Of a stretch of 64,000 nucleotides of DNA, positions 48,497 through 57,028 are shown in pieces. Below the pieces are notes generated by a model, which was not told where the DNA came from, searched no databases, and saw only the letters and a list, made by a program, of their open reading frames with translations. Source of the stretch: Thermotogota bacterium (GTDB lineage Bacteria > Bipolaricaulota > Bipolaricaulia > UBA7950 > UBA9294); assembly GCA_039679545.1 (NCBI GenBank), contig JBDKUT010000163.1, positions 17,997 through 81,996 on the forward strand, read 5' to 3'. A program made the translations under genes and the position numbers. The number at the start of each line of letters is the position of its first letter. Position 1 is the stretch's first letter.

Positions 48497-49087
48497 GTGG
48501 ACGACGGCAAGAAGGATCAGATCCGCAAAGCGGCGCTCGCCGTGTTCGCACGGCGCGGCTTTCACGGAACGACGGTGGCCGAGATCGCACAGGAGGCGGG
48601 GATCGCCAAGGGGACGATCTACCTCTACTACGCGAGCAAGGAGGAAATCCTGATCGCCGTCTTCCGCCGCTACATCGATGGGATGCTCGACTTCGTCGAC
48701 GGCCTCCTCGATTCGGCCCTTTCCGTGCCCGACATCCTGAGCGCGTTCGTCAAGAAGCAGATCGACCTGTTCCGCGAGGAGCCCGATCTGATGCGTGTCC
48801 TCAGCCGTCGCTCGCTCCTCGCACTGAGCGACGGCGACGAGCGAATGCTCGAGTTCCAGCGCTACCTGCTCGACCGCATCGCCACCCTGCTCAAGCGCGG
48901 GAAGGTCCTCGGCGAGATGCGCGTGCTCGACGTCCGGATTGCGGCGTGTGCGATGCTCGCGCTGCAAGAGGCCCTGCCGCTCTACCTCACGGTGTACGCG
49001 GAGGACCTGCCGAAGGATGCGCTGGGCCGTGTGACCCGAGAGCTCGCTCAGTTCATGTGGGCGAGCGTTCGAAAGGAGCCCGCATGA
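48497..49087 (+). CDS. TetR/AcrR family transcriptional regulator
   Basis: N-terminal HTH (IRKAALAVFARRGFHGTTVAEIAQEAGIAKGTIYLYY). Confidence 0.9.
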   Translation: MDDGKKDQIRKAALAVFARRGFHGTTVAEIAQEAGIAKGTIYLYYASKEEILIAVFRRYIDGMLDFVDGLLDSALSVPDILSAFVKKQIDLFREEPDLMRVLSRRSLLALSDGDERMLEFQRYLLDRIATLLKRGKVLGEMRVLDVRIAACAMLALQEALPLYLTVYAEDLPKDALGRVTRELAQFMWASVRKEPA

Positions 49088-49584
49088 AGATGAAGCGCTC
49101 GATCCTCGTTGCGCTCTTCCTTGGCCTCGTCGTCGGGGGGAGCTTCGCCGCGGTCGCCGATTCCTCGTCCGCGTCGCCGTACCGCGTTCTCGTGGTCGAC
49201 GGGACGAAGACGCTTGCGTCGACGCTGCGCGTGGTGGGATTAGCCGGTGGCATCCGACAAAGCGGCGTCGCGGACGTCGCCATCATCCTCGCCGACGATC
49301 TGGGCCCGTTCGTCGACCCGCTGCGAGACCGATCTCGCCCGGAGACGCCGTACGACCTGATCTTGATCGTACCACGCGGCATCGACGACGGGTCGGCATC
49401 CCGGATCTGGATCCTCGTGGCGGGGAACCCCCGCGAGACCCCGCTCACCGCGCAGGCGATCGAGCTTCTGCGCGCGGGAATCGACCGCGCGTTCGCCGGG
49501 ATCGCGTCCGGCGTCGATCCGCTCGACGACCTCTGGGCGGCCCTCATGGCGTCCTGCTACGTTCGGGAGGGGTGGCTTCGGTGA
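49084..49584 (+). CDS. Secreted hypothetical protein (signal peptide) preceding MMPL transporter
   Basis: MKMKRSILVALFLGLVVGGSFAAVA; ATGA overlap with TetR stop; AAAGGAG RBS. Confidence 0.65.
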   Translation: MKMKRSILVALFLGLVVGGSFAAVADSSSASPYRVLVVDGTKTLASTLRVVGLAGGIRQSGVADVAIILADDLGPFVDPLRDRSRPETPYDLILIVPRGIDDGSASRIWILVAGNPRETPLTAQAIELLRAGIDRAFAGIASGVDPLDDLWAALMASCYVREGWLR

Positions 49585-51911
49585 TACGTCGCATCTTTGC
49601 TTGGATCGTCGACCACGCGTGGTGGATCATTGGGGCCGTCGGACTGCTGACGATCGCGCTCGTCATCCCCCTCTTCTCACTCCAGACGAACGTCGATTTC
49701 GCCAGCTACATGGACCCCAAGGACCCGGCGTACATCCTGATGAAGAACGCCGAGGACCGCTACGGCTCGCAGACCCTGTTGATGGTTGCCGTCATCGCGC
49801 CGGACGGCATCTTCAACGCAGCGACCCTCGCGAAAATGGAGCAGTTGGAGGCACGCTTTGCCGAGATCCCCGGCGTCGAGGAGGTCCAAGGGCCGCTCAG
49901 CCAAGACGTGATCACGAGCTCGGAGACCGCGCTCGACGTGGGTCCGGCGGCGCCCGACGGCCGAGCTCCCGCGACGCCGGAAGGCATCGCGGAGTACCGC
50001 GAGCGGATCATGTCGATGGAGTCGATCCGAGGACTCCTCATCGCCGAGGATGGATCGGCGGCCGCGATCCTCATCCGCATGGAGCGGGACGCCTCCGAGT
50101 TCGAGGTCACCAGAGCGGTTCGAGAGGTCATGAACGAAGTCGGCACGCCGCCGGAGCGGTTCTCGATCTCCGGCGAGCCGTACATGATGCTGTCGCTCAC
50201 GGAATCGATTCAGCGCGACCTCGTGGTCCTCATCCCGATCATCCTCGCCGTGATGTGCGGTGTTCTCTTCCTGACGTCGCGGACCGTTCGCGGGGTCTGG
50301 ATCCCGCTCCTCGTCGTCGGGCTCTCCGTCGTGTGGCTTTTCGGACCGCTGGGAATCCTCGGGATCAAGGTCTCGATCATGACCTTCATCTTGCCGGTCC
50401 TCCTGCTCGCGATCGGGATTGCGTACGGAATCCACGTCATGCACCGATACGACGAGGAGATCGCCCTCGGGAAGCCCCGCCGCGAAGCGGTCATCGAATC
50501 GGCAACCGCGATCAGCGGCGCCGTCGTCATGGCCGGTTTGACCACGGTCGGCGGCTTCCTGTCTCTCCTCACCTGCTATATGCCCCTGTTCAAGGAGTTC
50601 GGGGGCATCGCCGCCATCGGGGTCGCGCTCGCCCTCGTCCTCGCCCTCCTCGTGGTCCCGGCTCTCCTCGCGGTCCTGCCTGCGCCGAAGCTCCGGCTGA
50701 AGACGGCAGCGGACCACGGCACGAACGGACGACTGGCGCGGACGCTCGGCACCGTGGTGGGCGGGGTCGCGCGACGCCCTCGCTGGTTCCTCCTCGTCAT
50801 CGCGATTGTTATCGCGGGGCTTGCGATCGCGGTCCCCCTCTTGAAGACGGATTCGTCGATGGCCGCATTCCTCGGCAAAGAGCATCCGGCGATCCTCGGC
50901 ATGACCGACTTCGACCAGCACTTCTCGGGGAGCGAGCAGCTCATGATTGAGATCGACACCGGACAGAGGGACGGGCTCAAGGACCCGGAGCTCCTTGGAA
51001 AGATGCTCGATCTTGAGGCGTACCTCCGCACGCTCGGCGTCCGGAAGACGTCGTCGATCACCGACCTCGTGCGGGAGTTGGACCTCCGCTTCCACGCCGA
51101 CGACCCCGCGTTCTACGCCATCCCGTCGGAACGAAAGCAGGTCTCGCAGCTTCTCGCCCTGTTCTCGTTCCAGGGTGGCGACTTTGGGACGGTCGCCCTC
51201 CCCGACTTCTCGGCCGGGGAGATCGCCGGCTACTACCCCCGCGCCGACGGCGAGACGAAGGCGAAGCTTGTCCGCGACATTCGTACCTACCTCGGCGAGC
51301 ACTTCACCGGCGATGCAAAAGCAGAGATGGTTGGACCGACGCAGCTCTTCGACTCGATGTCGCGGCAGCTCATCCGAAGCCTGATCTCGAACATCTACTC
51401 GTCGGCGATCGTCGTCTACCTGATCGTCGCCGTCATCATGGGGTCGCTCGTCGCTGGCCTCGTCTGCCTGATCCCGCTTGCCTTCACGCTGCTGGCCATT
51501 TTCGCCGTCATGGCCCTGGGGACCACCCTCAATATCGCCTCGGCGGCGATCGCGAGCATCACGATGGGAACGGGCATCGACTATGCGATCCACTTCGTCA
51601 GTCGCTATCGAACTGAGATGGCCGTCGACGGCGACTGCGTCCGTTCCGCGGAGCGGACGGCCCGTTCGGCTGGGCGCGCGATCCTGTTCAACGCCGCCGC
51701 CGTCGGGGCGGGGTTCCTCGTCCTCTGTGTCTCGAAGTTCATGGCGTTCCGCAGCCTCGGAGGACTGCTCGGCCTCGCCATGGCGGCAAGCGGCACGGCC
51801 GCGCTGACGATTGTCCCCGCCGTCCTCGTGACGCTGCGGCCGCGGTTCGTGACGACTCCCCCGTGGAGCCGACTGCGTCGTTTCTGGGAATCAAGAACCA
51901 AAAAGACATAA
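49581..51911 (+). CDS. MMPL/RND-superfamily membrane transporter (lipid/hopanoid exporter-like)
   Basis: 12 TM in two 6-TM bundles with two periplasmic loops, ~777 aa; GTG 49581 overlaps upstream stop (GTGA), GGGAGGGG RBS. Confidence 0.9.
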   Translation: MIRRIFAWIVDHAWWIIGAVGLLTIALVIPLFSLQTNVDFASYMDPKDPAYILMKNAEDRYGSQTLLMVAVIAPDGIFNAATLAKMEQLEARFAEIPGVEEVQGPLSQDVITSSETALDVGPAAPDGRAPATPEGIAEYRERIMSMESIRGLLIAEDGSAAAILIRMERDASEFEVTRAVREVMNEVGTPPERFSISGEPYMMLSLTESIQRDLVVLIPIILAVMCGVLFLTSRTVRGVWIPLLVVGLSVVWLFGPLGILGIKVSIMTFILPVLLLAIGIAYGIHVMHRYDEEIALGKPRREAVIESATAISGAVVMAGLTTVGGFLSLLTCYMPLFKEFGGIAAIGVALALVLALLVVPALLAVLPAPKLRLKTAADHGTNGRLARTLGTVVGGVARRPRWFLLVIAIVIAGLAIAVPLLKTDSSMAAFLGKEHPAILGMTDFDQHFSGSEQLMIEIDTGQRDGLKDPELLGKMLDLEAYLRTLGVRKTSSITDLVRELDLRFHADDPAFYAIPSERKQVSQLLALFSFQGGDFGTVALPDFSAGEIAGYYPRADGETKAKLVRDIRTYLGEHFTGDAKAEMVGPTQLFDSMSRQLIRSLISNIYSSAIVVYLIVAVIMGSLVAGLVCLIPLAFTLLAIFAVMALGTTLNIASAAIASITMGTGIDYAIHFVSRYRTEMAVDGDCVRSAERTARSAGRAILFNAAAVGAGFLVLCVSKFMAFRSLGGLLGLAMAASGTAALTIVPAVLVTLRPRFVTTPPWSRLRRFWESRTKKT

Positions 51912-51921
51912 GGAGACTTGC

Positions 51922-52794
51922 ATGAATAGCATTCGCCATACCCTCAAGGCGGCCGCAGCGATCGCGATCGTCGTCTGTGCCGCGACGGCGGCGTTCGCCG
52001 TCACCGGAGACGACGTCCTCAACCGCATGCAGGACACGTTCAGCATCGGAGGCGCCGACAGCGGAGAAGGGATCCTGCTCTCGATCGCCGTCCTCAACCA
52101 ATACGCGTCGGGCATCACGACCGACTACAACCTCGCCGTCGTGGCGGAGACGATCATCGACTCGAGCAAGCCTTCGGACGCCGATGAGATAAGCCGCGCC
52201 CTGATGTACTTCGTGGGCGGCGACGACGAGGGAATGATCTTCCTCCTCTCGACGCCCGAGGCGAAGGGCGAGAAGAGCCAGATGTGGCTCTACATCTCAT
52301 CGTTTGGCCTGACCAAGCAGCTCGTCTCGGACGAAGACCAGTCGGGGAACTTTGCCGGGAGCACGCTCACGTACGCCGACATCGCCGGGGCGAGCGACCT
52401 GCGCGACGACTATACCGCCGCGATCCTACGCGAGGAGACGCTCACTGTTGGAAGCGAGGAGCGCGCCGTGTGGGTTCTCGAACTGACTCCGAGACCCGGC
52501 GTTGACACCGACTACGCACGCATGCTCCTCTGGGTCGACAAAGAAGAGGACATGTTCCTGCGACTCGAGGGGTACGGCGCCTCGGGCGCCGAGACGAAGG
52601 AGATCGTGGTGGCGAGCCTCGGCACGTTCGAGGACCGACGGATCCCTGACGTGATGGTCGGACGCGACCTCGAGACCGGGGACGTCTCGACGATCACCCT
52701 GTCCGGAATGCGCCGGCCCGCGGACGGCCTGCCGGAAAGCACGTTCGATCCCGCGAACCTTGGGAGCTTCGATCCAAGCGCGTACGGCTTCTAG
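51922..52794 (+). CDS. LolA-like outer-membrane lipoprotein-sorting family protein
   Basis: Signal peptide; family commonly encoded downstream of MMPL/RND exporters; AAGGAGA RBS. Confidence 0.75.
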   Translation: MNSIRHTLKAAAAIAIVVCAATAAFAVTGDDVLNRMQDTFSIGGADSGEGILLSIAVLNQYASGITTDYNLAVVAETIIDSSKPSDADEISRALMYFVGGDDEGMIFLLSTPEAKGEKSQMWLYISSFGLTKQLVSDEDQSGNFAGSTLTYADIAGASDLRDDYTAAILREETLTVGSEERAVWVLELTPRPGVDTDYARMLLWVDKEEDMFLRLEGYGASGAETKEIVVASLGTFEDRRIPDVMVGRDLETGDVSTITLSGMRRPADGLPESTFDPANLGSFDPSAYGF

Positions 52795-52938
52795 AAGTTC
52801 GGTCCGCCGAGGGCCGCTGCACTTTGCTCCCGCGGCCGGAGCGAGTAAGGTGTCGCGAGGTGGTTCACGCTGAGCAGAAGGGAGAGCCGCTCGTCTCCTG
52901 AAGACGGCCCTGGTCGACGCCATGCGTCTCGCCGCCAC

Positions 52939-53928
52939 ATGTCCTCGCGACGCGCCCTGAGGCGGGTCCGCAAGGCCTACGTGCGCGGCGGCGAGGGTGC
53001 CCTGGAAATGGCGTTTGCCGACGTGCGCTGGCGAACGAGGGGATTCCGCGCCCTCCTCGCGGCGGTCGAGCGGTTCTACCCGATGTCCGGGATCGTCCGG
53101 TTTGCCGGAGAGGTAGACCGCGGAATCCGCGGGTGGGGACTCTCAACCGGATGCCGCGCCGCGGCCGAACGCCTGGGCCTGCCCTACGAGTTCGAAATGC
53201 CGGAGGCCACGCGGGAGGTTCTCGCTCGATCGCCCGCCATCGTCTACGGGAATCACCCGACGCTGTTCACGCCGTTCCTCCTCGGAGCGGCCATCGACCG
53301 ACCGGACCTACGATTCTTCATGTTAAGCTATGTGGGCCGACTGATCCCCGCACTTCGGACCTACATGTTGCCGCTCGAGTCGTCGGCGCCGCGCCGCCTC
53401 ACGGAGTGGCGACGCGGTGGCACGCGGCGGATGATCGCCTACTGGCTGACCGGCCTGTTGGAGCGAGGACGGACTCGCGAGGAGCCGAAGTCGGCGAACC
53501 AACGCAGGCTCATGCAGGGCGTCGACCACGTGCGTGGAGGTGGGTGCGTCGTCATCTTCCCAAACGGAGGAGGACGCCGAGACACGCCGTGGTACCCGGG
53601 CATCGGCGTCGTCGCGGCCGCCTTGGCCCGGGGCGGCGGCGACCGAGTCGCCCTGGTCCCAATGCGCGAGGAAGGAAGCACGAACCACCACGTCTACGCC
53701 TCCTTCCGCTACGCGGGAAGACCGCACTCCCCAGCAGAGAAGCCGGACCTCACCCCCATCCGAATCCGCTTCGGGAAACCCGTCCCATTGAGCGAGCTGG
53801 CGGGCCCGGAGAGCACCCCGGCGGAGATCGTCGCCCGACTCCGCGCCCACTACGGGACCGTCTTCCCCACGCCGAAGCGCCGCCAGATCTTCCGAGCTTC
53901 GTCCAACCGAGGAGCAACCAAAGAATGA
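52939..53928 (+). CDS. Putative lysophospholipid acyltransferase-like protein (PlsC-like)
   Basis: GNHPTLFTPFLL and VIFPNGG motifs resemble acyltransferase blocks I/III but canonical HX4D Asp is absent; start uncertain. Confidence 0.5.
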   Translation: MSSRRALRRVRKAYVRGGEGALEMAFADVRWRTRGFRALLAAVERFYPMSGIVRFAGEVDRGIRGWGLSTGCRAAAERLGLPYEFEMPEATREVLARSPAIVYGNHPTLFTPFLLGAAIDRPDLRFFMLSYVGRLIPALRTYMLPLESSAPRRLTEWRRGGTRRMIAYWLTGLLERGRTREEPKSANQRRLMQGVDHVRGGGCVVIFPNGGGRRDTPWYPGIGVVAAALARGGGDRVALVPMREEGSTNHHVYASFRYAGRPHSPAEKPDLTPIRIRFGKPVPLSELAGPESTPAEIVARLRAHYGTVFPTPKRRQIFRASSNRGATKE

Positions 53929-54725
53929 CCACCCCTGCCACCGTCTTCTGGTTTTCCGGGACCGGCAACTCCCTCGCCGTCGCTCGGCGGGTCGCCGCGT
54001 CCTTCGACGGGGCATGTCTCGTCCCCATCGCCTCGTTCGACAACGTCGCACGGCCAGAGGGTGTCGTCGGCGTCGTCTGTCCGGTCTACTTCGAGGGACT
54101 GCCGCTGATCGTGCAGGAGTTCCTCGCACGCCTTGACGCCCGGGCCGCGACGTACAGCTTTCTCGTTCTCACCGCCGGCGGGTTCGCTGGCTGGGCGCCA
54201 GTTCAGGCAAGGTGGCTCGTCCGAAAAGCAGGACGTCCTCTCGATGCCGCCTTCTCGGTCAAGATGCCGGACAGCTACAGCGCGATCCTCGACCTACCCC
54301 CACCCGCAAAACAGAAGGAGATCCTCTCACGGGCGGACCGCGTCATCGACGAGATTGCCGGTGCCGTGGCGCGGCGTGAGAAGCGTCTCGGCGTCGGGGT
54401 CACTGCGTCCCTTGGCGCGCTCGCTCACCTCATCATGGGGCGGCAGTTCGCCCGCACGTGCCGCCGCCAGGACGAGCGGTTCACGGTCTCCGACGCATGC
54501 ACCGCGTGCGGCCTGTGCGTGCGCGCCTGCCCAAAGGGAAACATCGTGCTCTCCGACGGCCGTCCCGAGTGGAGTCACCGCTGCGAGCAGTGCTTCGCCT
54601 GCATCAACCTCTGCCCTGTCGCGGCGATTCAAGTCCGGAACCGCCCCACGGCACGCCGACGGCGCTATCGCCACCCGGACGTGAGCGTCGCCGACATCGG
54701 CTCCCAGCAGCCGCGCCCGGCGTAG
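53925..54725 (+). CDS. EFR1-family ferredoxin (flavodoxin-like domain + 2x[4Fe-4S])
   Basis: VFWFSGTGNS N-terminus; CTACGLCVRACP and CEQCFACINLCP clusters; ATGA overlap with upstream gene. Confidence 0.75.
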   Translation: MTTPATVFWFSGTGNSLAVARRVAASFDGACLVPIASFDNVARPEGVVGVVCPVYFEGLPLIVQEFLARLDARAATYSFLVLTAGGFAGWAPVQARWLVRKAGRPLDAAFSVKMPDSYSAILDLPPPAKQKEILSRADRVIDEIAGAVARREKRLGVGVTASLGALAHLIMGRQFARTCRRQDERFTVSDACTACGLCVRACPKGNIVLSDGRPEWSHRCEQCFACINLCPVAAIQVRNRPTARRRRYRHPDVSVADIGSQQPRPA

Positions 54726-54735
54726 TCTCCTCGGC

Positions 54736-54808
54736 GCGCACCCAGCTTTCTAGGTGCGCACACCCAGTCTCCCGGGTGTCCATGTGCACGCCCAGCTCCC
54801 CAGGCGCG
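54736..54808 (+). repeat. Three imperfect tandem ~22-bp repeats (gcgcacccagctttctaggt / gcgcacacccagtctcccgggt / gtgcacgcccagctccccaggc)
   Basis: Read directly from sequence; contain palindromes GTGCGCAC and GTGCAC. Confidence 0.5.
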
Positions 54809-54957
54809 CCGCGGCGACAAGAGCCGCCCGCTCTGCCGATTCTCGCAGGACGAGACAAGCAACTCGGACAGAGAGCGGCCCAGCTTCCCCGATGGAGGAA
54901 TTGCCGGACTGTTCGACAATCCCTACGCTGAATGGGCTTCGCGGAGGTAGCAGAATC

Positions 54958-55224
54958 ATGAATTGGGATCCGGTAACAACGTTCAACCTTGTCCTCAGCG
55001 CGGCGATCTGTGCCGTGGGAATCGTCGGCTGGGTCCGCGTCAGGAATGCCCTCGCGCTGTACATCGGCCTCGCGTTCGGGCTGTTCGCCTTGTCTCACCT
55101 GGCGACCGTTCTGGGGAAGGCCGAATCGCTCGAGGCGCTCCTAATCCTGCTGCACGGGGTGGGCTACATCTTGGTTGCCATCGCGATCTACAAGGTCGCG
55201 TTCCCGCGAAAGCCCCAGAACTAG
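54958..55224 (+). CDS. Small membrane protein (88 aa, 3 TM)
   Basis: MNWDPVTTFNLVLSAAICAVGIVGW...; GGAGG 11 nt upstream. Confidence 0.5.
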   Translation: MNWDPVTTFNLVLSAAICAVGIVGWVRVRNALALYIGLAFGLFALSHLATVLGKAESLEALLILLHGVGYILVAIAIYKVAFPRKPQN

Positions 55225-55269
55225 GCGTACATCGCCAACCCGTTCCCTTCAGGGAAACGCCCGGTCTCT

Positions 55270-55743
55270 CTACGATCCGCGGACGAAGAGGAGAACCAGG
55301 GCGATGATGCCGACGACCACGAGGCCGAGGATCATCGTGGACCCGTGGTCCTGCAGCCAGCCGGAGACGCCGGGGCGGCGCGCCTTCTTGCCGGGAGGCC
55401 GCAGCGCCATGCGCTGCGCGTCCTTGTAGGTCCTCACGAACTCGTGATATTTGCCTTGCCGTTTGTAGACCACGGCGAGGTTGTTTTTCGCGCGGTCGTG
55501 CTCCGGATCGAGCTCAAGGACGCGACGGTAGGCACGCTCGGCACGGTCGAGGTCGCCCTTGTCGATGTAGAGGTTCCCGAGTCGGAAGTAGATCGCCGCG
55601 TGGTCGATTTCCCGTGCCAAAGCCTCGTTCAGGATTCGGATCCCCTCGTCGTACGCCTTCGCCTGGCGCAGCTCTTCCGAGCGCTCAAGCGCCGAAGCTA
55701 CGAAAGTACAGTCTTCGGGGGTCTTCTCCTTCTGCGGTTCCAT
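55270..55743 (-). CDS. TPR-repeat protein with C-terminal TM anchor
   Basis: Three TPR-like helical pairs (AIYFRLGNLYIDKGDLDRAERAYRRVLELDP...) and hydrophobic C-terminus; GGAGAGGA RBS. Confidence 0.75.
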   Translation of the reverse strand: MEPQKEKTPEDCTFVASALERSEELRQAKAYDEGIRILNEALAREIDHAAIYFRLGNLYIDKGDLDRAERAYRRVLELDPEHDRAKNNLAVVYKRQGKYHEFVRTYKDAQRMALRPPGKKARRPGVSGWLQDHGSTMILGLVVVGIIALVLLFVRGS

Positions 55744-55826
55744 CGTTCCCCGTCCTCTCCCTCGGCTCCTCGCGGCGGAGTATCCCCGGCGGACGTCACG
55801 TCGTCAACGGCGCGATTGCGTGTCCG

Positions 55827-56342
55827 CTAGAAGACGACGATCTCCGCCGACCGCGTCCGCGTGTCAAACAGAACGGCCGTCGAACGTCCTGTCAGCCAGC
55901 CGCACGCCTCGCCGGGGTTCACGACGGCGGCCGCTGGTTGGCCGCCTGTGGCCAGCGAGCCGGGGCTTCCCGGACGCACGTCGACCTTGTGCGTGTGACC
56001 GTAGACAACGAGGTCGTAGGCTCCGCTCGCGGCCAAGGCATCGATCGACCTCGGCTCGTGCATGAGAGCGACACGCACACCGTCGACATCGAACGTATGG
56101 TACCCCTCGTGGATCGTTCCGAACCCTTCGAACCGGCGAACCAGGTAGAGGCGGTCGCCATCGTTGTTGCCGAAGACACCAACGAGCGGCGCGACCAGTT
56201 TGCCGAGCGGACCTGCAGTGAACGGTGACACGAAGTCGCCGGCGTGGACCACCAGATCAACCTTCTCCGCGTTGAACCGCTCGACCATCCGCTCGATCGC
56301 CGGAAGGTTGTCGTGGGTGTCCGACAGAATCCCGATCTTCAT
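55827..56342 (-). CDS. Metallophosphoesterase, YfcE/MJ0936 family
   Basis: MKIGILSDTHDN...VHAGD...GNND...GHTH motifs. Confidence 0.85.
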   Translation of the reverse strand: MKIGILSDTHDNLPAIERMVERFNAEKVDLVVHAGDFVSPFTAGPLGKLVAPLVGVFGNNDGDRLYLVRRFEGFGTIHEGYHTFDVDGVRVALMHEPRSIDALAASGAYDLVVYGHTHKVDVRPGSPGSLATGGQPAAAVVNPGEACGWLTGRSTAVLFDTRTRSAEIVVF

Positions 56343-57010
56343 CCATCCTCCCTTCGCGGTCCGAAAAGGGCCGTTCCGAGGCGAACCATCGACGCGCCTT
56401 CGTCGATCGCCTCGCGGTAGGAGTCGCTCATCCCCATCGAGAGAATCGTCATCCGCGCGTTCGGAAGCTCGAGCCGCGTCAGCTCATCAAACCTCCGTTT
56501 CGTCTCCGCAAAGAACAACCGGAGCGCGCCGGGCGCGCAGAGCGCCGGTCCCAGGGTCATCAGGCCGCGCACCTCGATCGACGAGAACCCTGCGATCTCG
56601 CGTGCGAACGCCTCGACGTCCTCCGGAAGGACTCCCGCCTTCTGCGGCTCACGACCGCTGTTGACCTCGATCAGGATCGAAACAACCCGGCCGATCTTCC
56701 GGCCTTCGGCGTCGAGCTTCTCGGCCAGCCGGACCGAATCGACGGTCTGGATCAGGTCAAAGAGGCGGACCGCGTCTTTCGCCTTGTTCCGCTGAAGCGC
56801 GCCGATCAGGTGCCACTCCGCGGCGGATCGGCCGAGGGCATTCTGCGCGACCTCGGCTTCCTGGACATAGTTCTCCCCAACCGCGCGAATCCCGCCCGCG
56901 AGCGCTTTGCGGATCTCGTCGGGCGTGCGGGTCTTCGCGGCGGCCACCACCGCCACGCGAGCGGGAATCCTCCCAAGGACCTCACGCACACGCTCTTCGA
57001 TCCCCGCCAT
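56339..57010 (-). CDS. yggS: YggS-family pyridoxal-phosphate homeostasis protein
   Basis: VAAAKTRTPDEIR...GENYVQE...ALQRNK (PLP-Lys) pattern; ATGA overlap with downstream gene. Confidence 0.9.
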   Translation of the reverse strand: MAGIEERVREVLGRIPARVAVVAAAKTRTPDEIRKALAGGIRAVGENYVQEAEVAQNALGRSAAEWHLIGALQRNKAKDAVRLFDLIQTVDSVRLAEKLDAEGRKIGRVVSILIEVNSGREPQKAGVLPEDVEAFAREIAGFSSIEVRGLMTLGPALCAPGALRLFFAETKRRFDELTRLELPNARMTILSMGMSDSYREAIDEGASMVRLGTALFGPRREDG

Positions 57011-57028
57011 TCGCCCTTCCCTCCGTCG

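Noticed and set aside
49677-51593. 638-aa minus ORF
   Set aside because: Antisense to the MMPL gene. Highly charged low-complexity translation.
54754-54957. N-terminal 68 codons of the 54754..55224 ORF running through the tandem repeats
   Set aside because: Arg/Ala/Thr-rich with no RBS. The hydrophobic protein begins at MNWDP (54958).
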